Shown here: positions 17,865 through 25,693 of the stretch, one piece after another
How positions within the stretch are numbered: position 1 is the first letter of the stretch
Layout: each line of letters opens with the position of its first letter
Sequence record: MK327941.1
Origin: Escherichia phage vB_EcoM_G37-3
Length of the DNA stretch: 64,000 nucleotides
Reading direction: 5' to 3' (one strand)
Notes under the pieces: model-generated
Databases searched by the model: none
Seen by the model: the letters and a program-made list of their open reading frames with translations, nothing else
What the model was told of the DNA's origin: nothing
Position numbers and translations under genes: made by a program

Positions 17865-18273
17865 TATTAATGATCTCTTCTACACATTCCCACTCAAGGC
17901 CACCGATACCGCAACCGATTTTAGGAATATAGAAAGGCTGTATAGCACCTTCAAAAACATCATTGATAGTCTCAAATCCTTTCAGGATAGCACCATATTC
18001 AGCATTTGGACCCGGTCGGAATTGGGTATAGAGATTCACCCCGCACCAGTTATAACCATTAACTTGATGCGTCCAGACACTAAACCCACCCAGCTTTTCT
18101 ACCTTACCGCGAGAAGTTTGCTTGTCAATCTCTAACGCTTGCGGGAACTCTTTCGCGATCTTTGCAGCAATACCAGCGCCCATAGTATGAAAACAATTAC
18201 AACCATGAATTAAATGACCGTTTCCTTGTTTAAACAGGGCGATGAGATCGCCCTTTACAGTATCAATAATCAT
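17818..18273 (-). CDS. Macro-domain-like protein (putative ADP-ribose binding/hydrolase)
   Basis: GDLIALF...GHLIHGCNCFHTMGAGIAAKI resembles the macro-domain N-x-x-N / GGG-V-A-x-AI signature; assignment by eye only. Confidence 0.45.
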   Translation of the reverse strand: MIIDTVKGDLIALFKQGNGHLIHGCNCFHTMGAGIAAKIAKEFPQALEIDKQTSRGKVEKLGGFSVWTHQVNGYNWCGVNLYTQFRPGPNAEYGAILKGFETINDVFEGAIQPFYIPKIGCGIGGLEWECVEEIINIATPDINIVVVEYDK

Positions 18274-18288
18274 AATATAAACCTCTCA

Positions 18289-18648
18289 TTAGTCACGGGA
18301 AGACAACCCAGCCATAAAACGGCTTAACAGTGTGTCGCGATAAGCAAAGCATAATTGCTTATCAGGGGCAGTATCACAAAGGTTGCGTTTTGTTTTAGCA
18401 AAGCTGGCAATACTCAGATCCCACGCTCGATTTTTTCGTTTTTCGTCTCGACCTTGTTTGTATGCTTCATCAAGTTCGAGCGCGATAAAATCACTACACA
18501 TGTTATCATCATCACAGAAAGTTTTAATGATCTTTTTGTTGATCTCAAATCCTTTGTATTCGAACTTTGGATAAGGGCGCTCATTACTAGCAAGCGCACC
18601 AGCAGAGAACATCATAGCAATCATAGCAATTATTGTCAACTTTTTCAT
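18289..18648 (-). CDS. Hypothetical periplasmic/secreted protein
   Basis: N-terminal MKKLTIIAMIAMMFSAGALA signal peptide. Confidence 0.45.
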   Translation of the reverse strand: MKKLTIIAMIAMMFSAGALASNERPYPKFEYKGFEINKKIIKTFCDDDNMCSDFIALELDEAYKQGRDEKRKNRAWDLSIASFAKTKRNLCDTAPDKQLCFAYRDTLLSRFMAGLSSRD

Positions 18649-18655
18649 ATATTCC

Positions 18656-19246
18656 TCAATAGCGTTTAGTCTTAAGAATGCCTTTACTCTTTAGATGGTT
18701 AGCCTTTTTTAGTACGTCATCAGCATAACCTAATCCGGCTTTATAGTTCCATCCAGCATTGTAAGAAGCTAGCGCGAGTCGGATATTACCGTTTCGAACA
18801 TCCAGCCAGTATGCTAACTCATCCATCGCGTAGAATGCAGAAACCTCGCGATTCATGATAAAGTTGATAGTCTGGCGATCACTCATTTTAACACCGCGCT
18901 TTGCATTTTTCGCTTTCACCGTTTTAAGGTAATTTTGAAATAATCCATAAGCATGATGATTTTTCTTTGGTGCTAAGTTTGCACCCGCGCTTGATTCTTG
19001 CCATGCGATACCCGCCAGGATGTGACCTAAACCCTTTCCGTTATAGCGAATATTCGGATGGTACTTTTTCAACTTACCGCTTTTCTCAAATTGCTCGCCG
19101 TATTGATAGGCGAAATGTAAATTATCTAGTTGGTGTGGTGTAAAGTTGTCTATCGGCGCTTTTTTGATCGGTGCGCTAGTCGATGCGTGTGTAGCACCAA
19201 CGGCTAGTGACAGACTCAATACTATCGCTTTTAGAACTTTTAACAT
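18656..19246 (-). CDS. Putative lytic transglycosylase-like protein with signal peptide
   Basis: Signal peptide then AWQESSAG...YGLFQ...SYNAGW motifs resembling the SLT/lysozyme-like fold. Confidence 0.55.
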   Translation of the reverse strand: MLKVLKAIVLSLSLAVGATHASTSAPIKKAPIDNFTPHQLDNLHFAYQYGEQFEKSGKLKKYHPNIRYNGKGLGHILAGIAWQESSAGANLAPKKNHHAYGLFQNYLKTVKAKNAKRGVKMSDRQTINFIMNREVSAFYAMDELAYWLDVRNGNIRLALASYNAGWNYKAGLGYADDVLKKANHLKSKGILKTKRY

Positions 19247-19281
19247 TAATTTCTCCTGTTTGGCTTAACTTTCTGATTCCA

Positions 19282-19308
19282 TAATATAGCCCTATCACCA
19301 GAAAGTCA
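19282..19308 (-). promoter_or_regulatory. Putative early sigma70 promoter for regB
   Basis: Minus strand TTGACT, 15-nt spacer, TATATT, RBS AGGAGA before ATG. Confidence 0.4.
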
Positions 19309-19332
19309 AGCATTATTTTTAACCAATTTCCA

Positions 19333-19755
19333 TTATTGGTCTACCTTCAAAACAACCGCCGACATTTTACCCGCCAGTCGTTTTGGATTCTCTATAATCA
19401 TTCGGCAGCATAGACCGTGATATGGCTTACCCTCTTCGATTAGATCTACTGTCATCCCGATCCACATGTTACCGTCAGTAATTTCTAATCGATTCGGTCG
19501 GTCTTCCATTTTCAGGAAGTCGAAGATCTCCGGCAAACGAGTTTCTATCTTATTGAATAGTTCCATTGTCTTATGTTCATCGATATGACGATCGGTTAGA
19601 CGGTCGATCATATGCGGACTAAAGCGAATGAAAATATACTCACCATAACCATCATTCAAGCACTTTTCTTTGATCTTCGCATTGGTTTTGCGCATTTCGG
19701 TTTCGAAGAATCTACGCAGCTTACTACGGCGAACATGTACGTTAATTGTTTCCAT
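19333..19755 (-). CDS. regB: Endoribonuclease RegB
   Basis: METINVHVRRSKLRRFFETEMRK...RLEITDGNMW...LCCRMIIENPKRLAGK matches T4 RegB; track ORF extends upstream to 19827. Confidence 0.8.
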   Translation of the reverse strand: METINVHVRRSKLRRFFETEMRKTNAKIKEKCLNDGYGEYIFIRFSPHMIDRLTDRHIDEHKTMELFNKIETRLPEIFDFLKMEDRPNRLEITDGNMWIGMTVDLIEEGKPYHGLCCRMIIENPKRLAGKMSAVVLKVDQ

Positions 19756-19759
19756 TTTA

Positions 19760-20095
19760 TTATCCTTTCTTAAACAAATTGCGAATCCAGTATACAAACG
19801 GGATTTCTTTAAACTTGAACTTGTCAATAGTTAATTCTTTAGTAGCAAGATGAATACCATAAGCATCATGTGTCACGATATGCCATTTTCTATAGTCCAA
19901 ATGTGAACAACCGTCTGGATCTAGGTTAATAAGAGTTTCTCGCTCACTAGGATTATTTTTCCACAATTTTGTAATAGGATCGCACATAATTCGACCTAGC
20001 GTACCATGAATAATCTCACAACGGTAAAGTTTTCCAGCAGTGAGATAGGCGCACCCGTCATAGTCTGTATAAACAAACACTTCTTTAACACTCAT
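19760..20095 (-). CDS. Hypothetical protein, GC(S/A)HLD small-protein family
   Basis: Probable start MSVKEVFVYTDYDGCAYL with RBS and PeSL-type promoter; motif DPDGCSHLD. Confidence 0.45.
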   Translation of the reverse strand: MSVKEVFVYTDYDGCAYLTAGKLYRCEIIHGTLGRIMCDPITKLWKNNPSERETLINLDPDGCSHLDYRKWHIVTHDAYGIHLATKELTIDKFKFKEIPFVYWIRNLFKKG

Positions 20096-20123
20096 TTTAA
20101 TACTCCTTTGTTTCGATGGGGGT

Positions 20124-20152
20124 ATATTACTACCCCCGTTTTGTTGTGTCAA
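20124..20152 (-). promoter_or_regulatory. Early promoter with palindrome around -10 (PeSL-like)
   Basis: Minus strand TTGACA, 17-nt spacer, TAATAT within GGGGGTAG...ACCCCC inverted repeat. Confidence 0.55.
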
Positions 20153-20413
20153 CTACTTTTTCAAGATTTTTTTAATTGCGTTCCAAAGACCTTTATTCTC
20201 AGGTTGTTTTGGTTCTTCGATCAGTGTCCAGGTTCGACCGTCTAAGTGTGCACAATTTTTAAGACAAATAAAAATCTGGTGTCCTTTATCATCACGGATA
20301 TAACCACTATTCGCAAATCTTTCATGTGGTGTATATTCATACAGTGTATTTGGTGTAATATACTTGCGGTTACTATAAGGTGTCATCACATACATCATGG
20401 TACTAACTCCCAT
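20153..20413 (-). CDS. Hypothetical protein, GC(S/A)HLD family
   Basis: Motif NCAHLDGRTW shared with neighbours. Confidence 0.4.
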   Translation of the reverse strand: MGVSTMMYVMTPYSNRKYITPNTLYEYTPHERFANSGYIRDDKGHQIFICLKNCAHLDGRTWTLIEEPKQPENKGLWNAIKKILKK

Positions 20414-20589
20414 TTATCACCGCGAAGATGAGAACATCCACCATCAAGAAGGATCGTAATACGAAACCCCGCATCATCTTCAATATACCCGATAGTCGGT
20501 GGATTTTCGTCGTCTCGTGTCGGGGTAAAATCATACATCTTTCCGGGCGTAATATCTTGTCCTTTATTACTATTGGTATAAACTTGCAT
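20395..20589 (-). CDS. Hypothetical protein, GC(S/A)HLD family
   Basis: Motif DGGCSHLRGDKW shared with neighbours. Confidence 0.4.
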   Translation of the reverse strand: MQVYTNSNKGQDITPGKMYDFTPTRDDENPPTIGYIEDDAGFRITILLDGGCSHLRGDKWELVP

Positions 20590-20610
20590 TTTCTTAATCT
20601 CCTATATTAA

Positions 20611-21309
20611 CTAACCACGGGTATAGTGTTCCAGAACAACGGTCAGATGAATATATTCTAATAAATCCTTCCAAAAGTCAACATCTGGTTCTTCCGGCAT
20701 ACCGTTTTTCTTTGCCTCTTCACGCGCGAGTTTAACACGCTCGTAGAGATCTTTCAATTCTTCCCGCACATTATCAAAGGTTCTTTCTCCTAACTTACAC
20801 GCTAAAATAGAAGAACGTCGCGCGAGCGGGAATTGTAGATCACCAGTTTGATAGATTTCAAGTAGCTGATAACCAACACGCAGAGCATGAGAAAGATCTT
20901 TCCAGTTACTGAAATACTTTTCAGATTTTGCTACCTGCTTTTTGAGATAACCAGACAAACCCCACATCCCAACATGATAGAATTTATCGCGATGTGTTCT
21001 GATGTATTCCCATTCTCTGGAGGATTCAATCAACATGTTACTAGGCGCGTGCACCATGTCAATAGCGCCGATATCGCCTTTACATGCCAGATTGATAAAC
21101 CGTTTTAGACTGAACATATTAACGTCAATATCGTCTTTGGTGTTCTTGATACCTTGACCGCTAGTGCTTTGGTCATAGTGTTCTTTCATCGATCCTAAGA
21201 TAATTTCTTTCGCAGTCGGAACAAAGATACCACGATAATCTTTATCTGAATTTTCAGTATCAAGGCCGTATAAGTGAGATCCGAAGACCATTTTAACCAT
21301 AGTATGCAT
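20611..21309 (-). CDS. Putative nucleotidyltransferase-fold protein
   Basis: N-terminal FGSHLYGLDTENSDKDYRGIF fits the G-S-x9-D-x-D nucleotidyltransferase signature. Confidence 0.45.
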   Translation of the reverse strand: MHTMVKMVFGSHLYGLDTENSDKDYRGIFVPTAKEIILGSMKEHYDQSTSGQGIKNTKDDIDVNMFSLKRFINLACKGDIGAIDMVHAPSNMLIESSREWEYIRTHRDKFYHVGMWGLSGYLKKQVAKSEKYFSNWKDLSHALRVGYQLLEIYQTGDLQFPLARRSSILACKLGERTFDNVREELKDLYERVKLAREEAKKNGMPEEPDVDFWKDLLEYIHLTVVLEHYTRG

Positions 21310-21327
21310 AATTAAACCCTCAGTTGA

Positions 21328-21921
21328 TTAAACGTATTCAGCGACAACATTGTGTTTAAAATTACCACTTCTTTTTGGATTTGGATTTTTCAATCGACTA
21401 TGTATTAAATTTTTGTTATATCCGGTTGCTTTAGACGCTTCTCCAATACTTTGATAAACAACACCATCAACACGAATCGGACGAGACTTATTAAACAGTT
21501 TATTCAATCCGGTATCATATGCATGGTTTTGGTTTTCTTGTCTTGTTGCGATCTCAAGATTCCAAACACAATTACAAGATTTTACCCCACTTTTATGATT
21601 AATTTCAAGCCCTTCACAATCACCTATAAAGTGTTCAGCGACTAGTCTATGAATATAGCGATATTTCTTAGTTTCCCCGTCATGCAAGCATACATTATAA
21701 TAACCATCACCAGCGCGTTTAGGTCGGAGTAGTTTACCTTTAACACGTTTTATAGTAGGGAACTCACCAAATTGATTTCGCTGGATAAAAGGAATCTCTC
21801 GGTCAAGTGAACGGATTCGACCATAGTTAGATACTTGATAAAACCCCCCATAGCCCTTAATCTGCTTCCATATCTCGGGGATTTCAACACCATCAATAAC
21901 AACAAGTTTAAGTTCTTCCAT
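21328..21921 (-). CDS. HNH homing endonuclease (Mob-like)
   Basis: YQVSNYGRIRS (NUMOD4-like) and HRLVAEHFIGDCEGLEINHKSGVKSCNCVWNLE (HNH) motifs. Confidence 0.75.
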   Translation of the reverse strand: MEELKLVVIDGVEIPEIWKQIKGYGGFYQVSNYGRIRSLDREIPFIQRNQFGEFPTIKRVKGKLLRPKRAGDGYYNVCLHDGETKKYRYIHRLVAEHFIGDCEGLEINHKSGVKSCNCVWNLEIATRQENQNHAYDTGLNKLFNKSRPIRVDGVVYQSIGEASKATGYNKNLIHSRLKNPNPKRSGNFKHNVVAEYV

Positions 21922-21933
21922 ATATCACCTCAT

Positions 21934-21962
21934 AAAAATAAAGCCAACCCTTTCGGATTGGC
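21934..21962 (-). terminator. Rho-independent terminator downstream of GrcA-like gene
   Basis: Minus strand hairpin AGCCAATCC-GAAA-GGGTTGGCT followed by T-rich tract. Confidence 0.55.
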
Positions 21963-21969
21963 TTGTGTA

Positions 21970-22386
21970 TTACATAGATTCCGTAAAGGTACGGGTGATA
22001 ATATCAAGTTGCTGTTCGCGTGTCAAGGCATTGAAGCGGGTAGCATAACCACTGATTCGAATTGTAAGCTGCGGGTACTTTTCAGGATTTTCTAACGCAT
22101 CAAGAAGAGTCTCCCGACGCAGTACGTTCGCGTTTAGGTGCATTCCCCCTTCGATAATCGGTTTACCCGCATCGATTTCGCAAATTCGAAAATTGGTCTT
22201 ATGCAGCGCCAGCGAATCGACGTCTTCTGCGGTGATCACATGGTCTTCTGCGAAAGTTTTACTAACAATTACTTTAGCGCCGATCAGTGCTTTCGGTTCG
22301 GATACCAGAATCATAGGCGCGAAGTGTCCACCAATAATAGTACCTTTATGCTCACCTTTCATGATTTGAATTGCTTTAAATTCCAT
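21970..22386 (-). CDS. grcA: Autonomous glycyl radical cofactor GrcA/YfiD-like protein
   Basis: C-terminus [57 protein letters not shown] is near-identical in pattern to E. coli GrcA glycyl radical motif (RVSGY). Confidence 0.8.
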   Translation of the reverse strand: MEFKAIQIMKGEHKGTIIGGHFAPMILVSEPKALIGAKVIVSKTFAEDHVITAEDVDSLALHKTNFRICEIDAGKPIIEGGMHLNANVLRRETLLDALENPEKYPQLTIRISGYATRFNALTREQQLDIITRTFTESM

Positions 22387-22521
22387 AATTCACCTCTTAT
22401 AGATCAGGACGTTCGTCATTAATTTTACCAACCAAAACACCATAGAGTTTATCAGGTTGGATTTTACGATTCTTTTTAATTGTAGCACGAAATCGACGAG
22501 CTACGCTATCTTTATTTTTCA

Positions 22522-23013
22522 TTAGTTGATACCTAAGCCAATGAAAATAGGTTGGTCTTCTACACTACCCCTTCCAACACTAAATCGATTCAATTCTAAA
22601 AACTGCAATACGCTGTCAGTAAATCCGCGCATGGTAGTATCTAGGATAAAAATTGTTTTGTCAAGACTACGACCTCGCCATGTGATCGGATTCAGGAAAG
22701 TTCGGATCGACGTACAATCTACATTTGAAATATTTACATTTTCACCGCGACCGCGATCTCGGATCGTTTTGGCATGTTCCCGCGTCGTTGAAACGATAAA
22801 GACACTATAGCCTTTTCTCGTATAATGGTCATATAACTTGATTGTAGCGTCTGTATGCCCTGTCTGACGTCCTAAATTGATTGAGACAATGGAATCTAGG
22901 TCATCAGCAAAATTGCGTCGCTTACGACGTTCTATGATGCCATTTACGGCAGATACACACGCAGCATAAATCAAATCTTTACTTTCTAATTCTAAATCAA
23001 TGTCAATATTCAT
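22522..23013 (-). CDS. Hypothetical protein (163 aa)
   Basis: ORF with ATG and RBS; no recognised domain. Confidence 0.45.
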   Translation of the reverse strand: MNIDIDLELESKDLIYAACVSAVNGIIERRKRRNFADDLDSIVSINLGRQTGHTDATIKLYDHYTRKGYSVFIVSTTREHAKTIRDRGRGENVNISNVDCTSIRTFLNPITWRGRSLDKTIFILDTTMRGFTDSVLQFLELNRFSVGRGSVEDQPIFIGLGIN

Positions 23014-23021
23014 GGTAAAGT

Positions 23022-23056
23022 CTCCAGTGAACGGGGAGAGATCCTTAGATTGTCTC
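23022..23056. other. Stable GC-rich stem-loop downstream of endolysin gene
   Basis: Inverted repeat AACGGGGAGA...TCTCCCCGTT. Confidence 0.4.
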
Positions 23057-23075
23057 CCCGTTGATGGTTAATATT

Positions 23076-23465
23076 TTATTTTGGATCTGGGTATTTGCTG
23101 TGTGGTAGCTGAAAATGAACACCGTCTTTAAACGATACCCAATCCCCACCCCATTCAACAGGAACACCCAATTCTCGACCAGCTTGTTTAAATGCATCCG
23201 CGATCATGCGGTAGTATTTCATGTTCCATGTATCCTTATCTTTCGGATACGCTACAACATCAACCGCGAAACCGTGAAGATGACGAGATTTCATAGTCTT
23301 AGATTTACCTTCCGCAACATATTTCTTTTGCGTTTCTAGACTACGCACACCTTCCGTAATACCAAAATCGACCAGAGTCAGTTCTAACGCACGATGAACG
23401 ACTTTTACCAGATCAGGATGTACACCAACAAGCCGATCTTTGCTTCTTTGAGATAATTTAAACAT
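23076..23465 (-). CDS. M15-family L-alanyl-D-glutamate peptidase (T5 Lys-type endolysin)
   Basis: Aligns with phage T5 endolysin: KVVHRALELT, SRHLHGFAVDV, DAFKQAGRELG, GGDW, DGVHFQL (zinc-binding H/D residues). Confidence 0.75.
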   Translation of the reverse strand: MFKLSQRSKDRLVGVHPDLVKVVHRALELTLVDFGITEGVRSLETQKKYVAEGKSKTMKSRHLHGFAVDVVAYPKDKDTWNMKYYRMIADAFKQAGRELGVPVEWGGDWVSFKDGVHFQLPHSKYPDPK

Positions 23466-23493
23466 TATTCACCCCCTTTGTGAGTGATAATAT

Positions 23494-23685
23494 TTAGATT
23501 CCGGCGATCCTGCATATAGTTCTTGTATTAGCACCAATCAGGATCGCATTAACGACAACCATTCCCCAATCAACCCACTGATTATTATAAATGCTAAACC
23601 CGTTTGCAAGACCAAATACAAGCATTCCGGTACACATACTCAGAGCAATAATCAACATCACGGTAAAACCAAATGCAAATCTCAT
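23494..23685 (-). CDS. Small membrane protein (2 TM)
   Basis: Hydrophobic 63-aa ORF immediately upstream of endolysin. Confidence 0.4.
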   Translation of the reverse strand: MRFAFGFTVMLIIALSMCTGMLVFGLANGFSIYNNQWVDWGMVVVNAILIGANTRTICRIAGI

Positions 23686-23686
23686 A

Positions 23687-23953
23687 TTATTTTCCTTTTC
23701 TCTGTTTACGTTTATAAAAGTAATACATTACCTCATCGCGTCCGGTGATCCAACATGCTAGGGCGGTAAACAGGTTTACAATTCCCAACACACCTACTGA
23801 CGCGGCGCTGTCAACAGACATAGGAACAGTAAAGGCCATAGCTAACATAGCAACGCCACAAATGACATTAAGCACCATTATAATAAGACCGAAGAAAACC
23901 ATTGTCAATCCTCCGACACAAGAAAACCAACAATCACGCCAGTGATAAGACAT
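23687..23953 (-). CDS. Small membrane protein with basic C-terminal tail (holin-like features)
   Basis: Multiple hydrophobic helices then YKRKQRKGK tail. Confidence 0.4.
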   Translation of the reverse strand: MSYHWRDCWFSCVGGLTMVFFGLIIMVLNVICGVAMLAMAFTVPMSVDSAASVGVLGIVNLFTALACWITGRDEVMYYFYKRKQRKGK

Positions 23954-24096
23954 GATGCACCGCTAATCAGACAACCCGCGCCCATAGTTTCCCACCAGAT
24001 CAGAGAAGCGACAATAACACAGAATCCCCATACTACCGCAATCACAACATAGGCAAGGGTCGCCCAAAACATATATTTGTTCATAATAAATCCCAT
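23905..24096 (-). CDS. Small membrane protein
   Basis: Hydrophobic 63-aa ORF; start may be internal. Confidence 0.35.
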   Translation of the reverse strand: MGFIMNKYMFWATLAYVVIAVVWGFCVIVASLIWWETMGAGCLISGASCLITGVIVGFLVSED

Positions 24097-24269
24097 TCAC
24101 CAAACAAATAAGAAAAAAGCCATATCAACAGAAACGAGGCAATTGATCCGGCAAGCAAAATGATATTAGAGAATCCGCCGTCTATCCAGGCGACAAAACA
24201 GAATACGCCAGTATAGAAGCATAAACCCATTACAAAGCATACTATAAGCAACCATAGACAAAACTCCAT
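24081..24269 (-). CDS. Small membrane protein
   Basis: Hydrophobic 62-aa ORF with RBS GGAGGG. Confidence 0.35.
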   Translation of the reverse strand: MEFCLWLLIVCFVMGLCFYTGVFCFVAWIDGGFSNIILLAGSIASFLLIWLFSYLFGEWDLL

Positions 24270-24330
24270 AGAAAGCCCTCCAGCGAGATAAATTAGTGCG
24301 GGTAGTGGAATGTACTACCCGCTTTGTTAA

Positions 24331-24489
24331 TCAACGCAGAGCTTCTTCTAGCGCGATCCCAAACCATCCACAAACAACGCCCATACAGACAGCTACAAGA
24401 AGATTCATTCTCTCTTTAGGGATCATTGCAATCATAACAACAACCATACAGAAAGCCATTACCATTGAAGTTAACATTTGTTCAACCAT
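24331..24489 (-). CDS. Small membrane protein (about 52 aa) missed by ORF track
   Basis: ATG 24487-24489 with RBS AAGGTG; MVEQMLTSMVMAFCMVVVMIAMIPKE... Confidence 0.3.
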   Translation of the reverse strand: MVEQMLTSMVMAFCMVVVMIAMIPKERMNLLVAVCMGVVCGWFGIALEEALR

Positions 24490-24491
24490 TA

Positions 24492-24830
24492 TCACACCTT
24501 TAAAGTCATAGACGCATAAACATTAATGCCAGGCCAGTTAGGATCGCAATTATACTCAACATCCCACAAATAAAGCGGTTTAGATGTATCAGCCAAGTTT
24601 TTAAAATCTTCTACCCACATTTCAAGGCTATATGATGGATAAACTAGGCTATCATATCCGCCGTAACGTTGGCCTACTGGTCGGTCAGTAAAAACTACCT
24701 CAAGATCCGGTAATTCTTTTTCAAGGATAACCGCCAGCGCATAAATCAGACGGTCTTCCTTGTTACGCTGCCGAAGGACCGTTGTCAATTGGTTTTTCTG
24801 GTTCACTAGCAAGCACCTACACATTTTCAC
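24492..24830 (-). CDS. Hypothetical protein (112 aa)
   Basis: ORF in gene chain. Confidence 0.45.
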   Translation of the reverse strand: MKMCRCLLVNQKNQLTTVLRQRNKEDRLIYALAVILEKELPDLEVVFTDRPVGQRYGGYDSLVYPSYSLEMWVEDFKNLADTSKPLYLWDVEYNCDPNWPGINVYASMTLKV

Positions 24831-25083
24831 AGAATGAAATTTTCACAGACACAATTTTACCATAAGTGAAGAATGAATATACATTATCGAGATATTCAAC
24901 GTCACCTACAATCACATCAAACTGCGGATCAGCCACTGCCGCAACATATTCTACCAGTTCATCAAGAGAATGCAACTTAATTTCATCAATTCGGCTGTAT
25001 TTGGTTGCATCTTTGATTTTAAAACCACGTTCTTTCAGCTTATCAATCAGAATTTCACGCGGAGTTTCAAACAGTTTGCTCAT
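24817..25083 (-). CDS. Hypothetical protein (88 aa)
   Basis: ATG with RBS GAGGAT. Confidence 0.45.
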   Translation of the reverse strand: MSKLFETPREILIDKLKERGFKIKDATKYSRIDEIKLHSLDELVEYVAAVADPQFDVIVGDVEYLDNVYSFFTYGKIVSVKISFCENV

Positions 25084-25104
25084 AATATAATCCTCACATT
25101 AAAT

Positions 25105-25302
25105 CTAAAATTTGTTAACGACGAATTGCATAATTAGACTAATCACAAACATTGCAAACCAAGTATAAATGCAACAGATAAAAGCTACATACAATTCAAT
25201 CTGGTCAGAGAATACACCGGGTAAAAGCATTAGCAAAATAACAACAGTAAAGACGCTAGCGATACCCGCAACAAAACCAATATCATTTTTACTAATCGTC
25301 AT
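25105..25302 (-). CDS. Small membrane protein
   Basis: Hydrophobic ORF; ATG just inside TTG track start. Confidence 0.4.
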   Translation of the reverse strand: MTISKNDIGFVAGIASVFTVVILLMLLPGVFSDQIELYVAFICCIYTWFAMFVISLIMQFVVNKF

Positions 25303-25303
25303 C

Positions 25304-25447
25304 AAGTCACCGTTTTGTAAAGAAACACAATAAAATCCAAGACAAGAAAGACAGTGTAAATGATCATCGTCAAGACAGTAAACACTGTCAAATTTTCATC
25401 GTTAGTTAATTCATAGTCGCCCATCCATACAATCACAAGATATAGCA
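25304..25447 (-). CDS. Small membrane protein (about 48 aa), coordinates approximate
   Basis: MLYLVIVWMGDYELTNDENLTVFTVLTMIIYTVFLVLDFIVFLYKTVT; stop overlaps next start (TGATG). Confidence 0.25.
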
Positions 25448-25502
25448 TTGAAAGAATGGAAGCACCTACGAAGTTAAAAAAAACATATTCTTGAGCGTCA
25501 TA

Positions 25503-25685
25503 TTAACAACCATCGCGGCTTAAGTCAACAGCAATTGCATACAGCATAATGAATATGCTAGCAGATCCGAGAATCAATGCACCATCACATTTTGAAACTC
25601 GCTCATCAAAATGTAACATTATCCATCCGAGGATGTTAAAGGCGCAGACCGCGCCTATGTTCGCTAACCAATTAATCTTTTTCAT
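25503..25685 (-). CDS. Small membrane protein
   Basis: Hydrophobic 60-aa ORF. Confidence 0.4.
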   Translation of the reverse strand: MKKINWLANIGAVCAFNILGWIMLHFDERVSKCDGALILGSASIFIMLYAIAVDLSRDGC

Positions 25686-25693
25686 AATATACC

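Noticed and set aside
21970-22386. Positional expectation of denV (endonuclease V) near here
   Set aside because: The translation does not resemble DenV and instead carries a clear GrcA glycyl-radical motif.
22522-23013. Initial guess that this ORF is T4 lysozyme e
   Set aside because: The sequence lacks the T4 lysozyme catalytic region; the endolysin role is better explained by the M15 peptidase at 23076-23465. Left as hypothetical.
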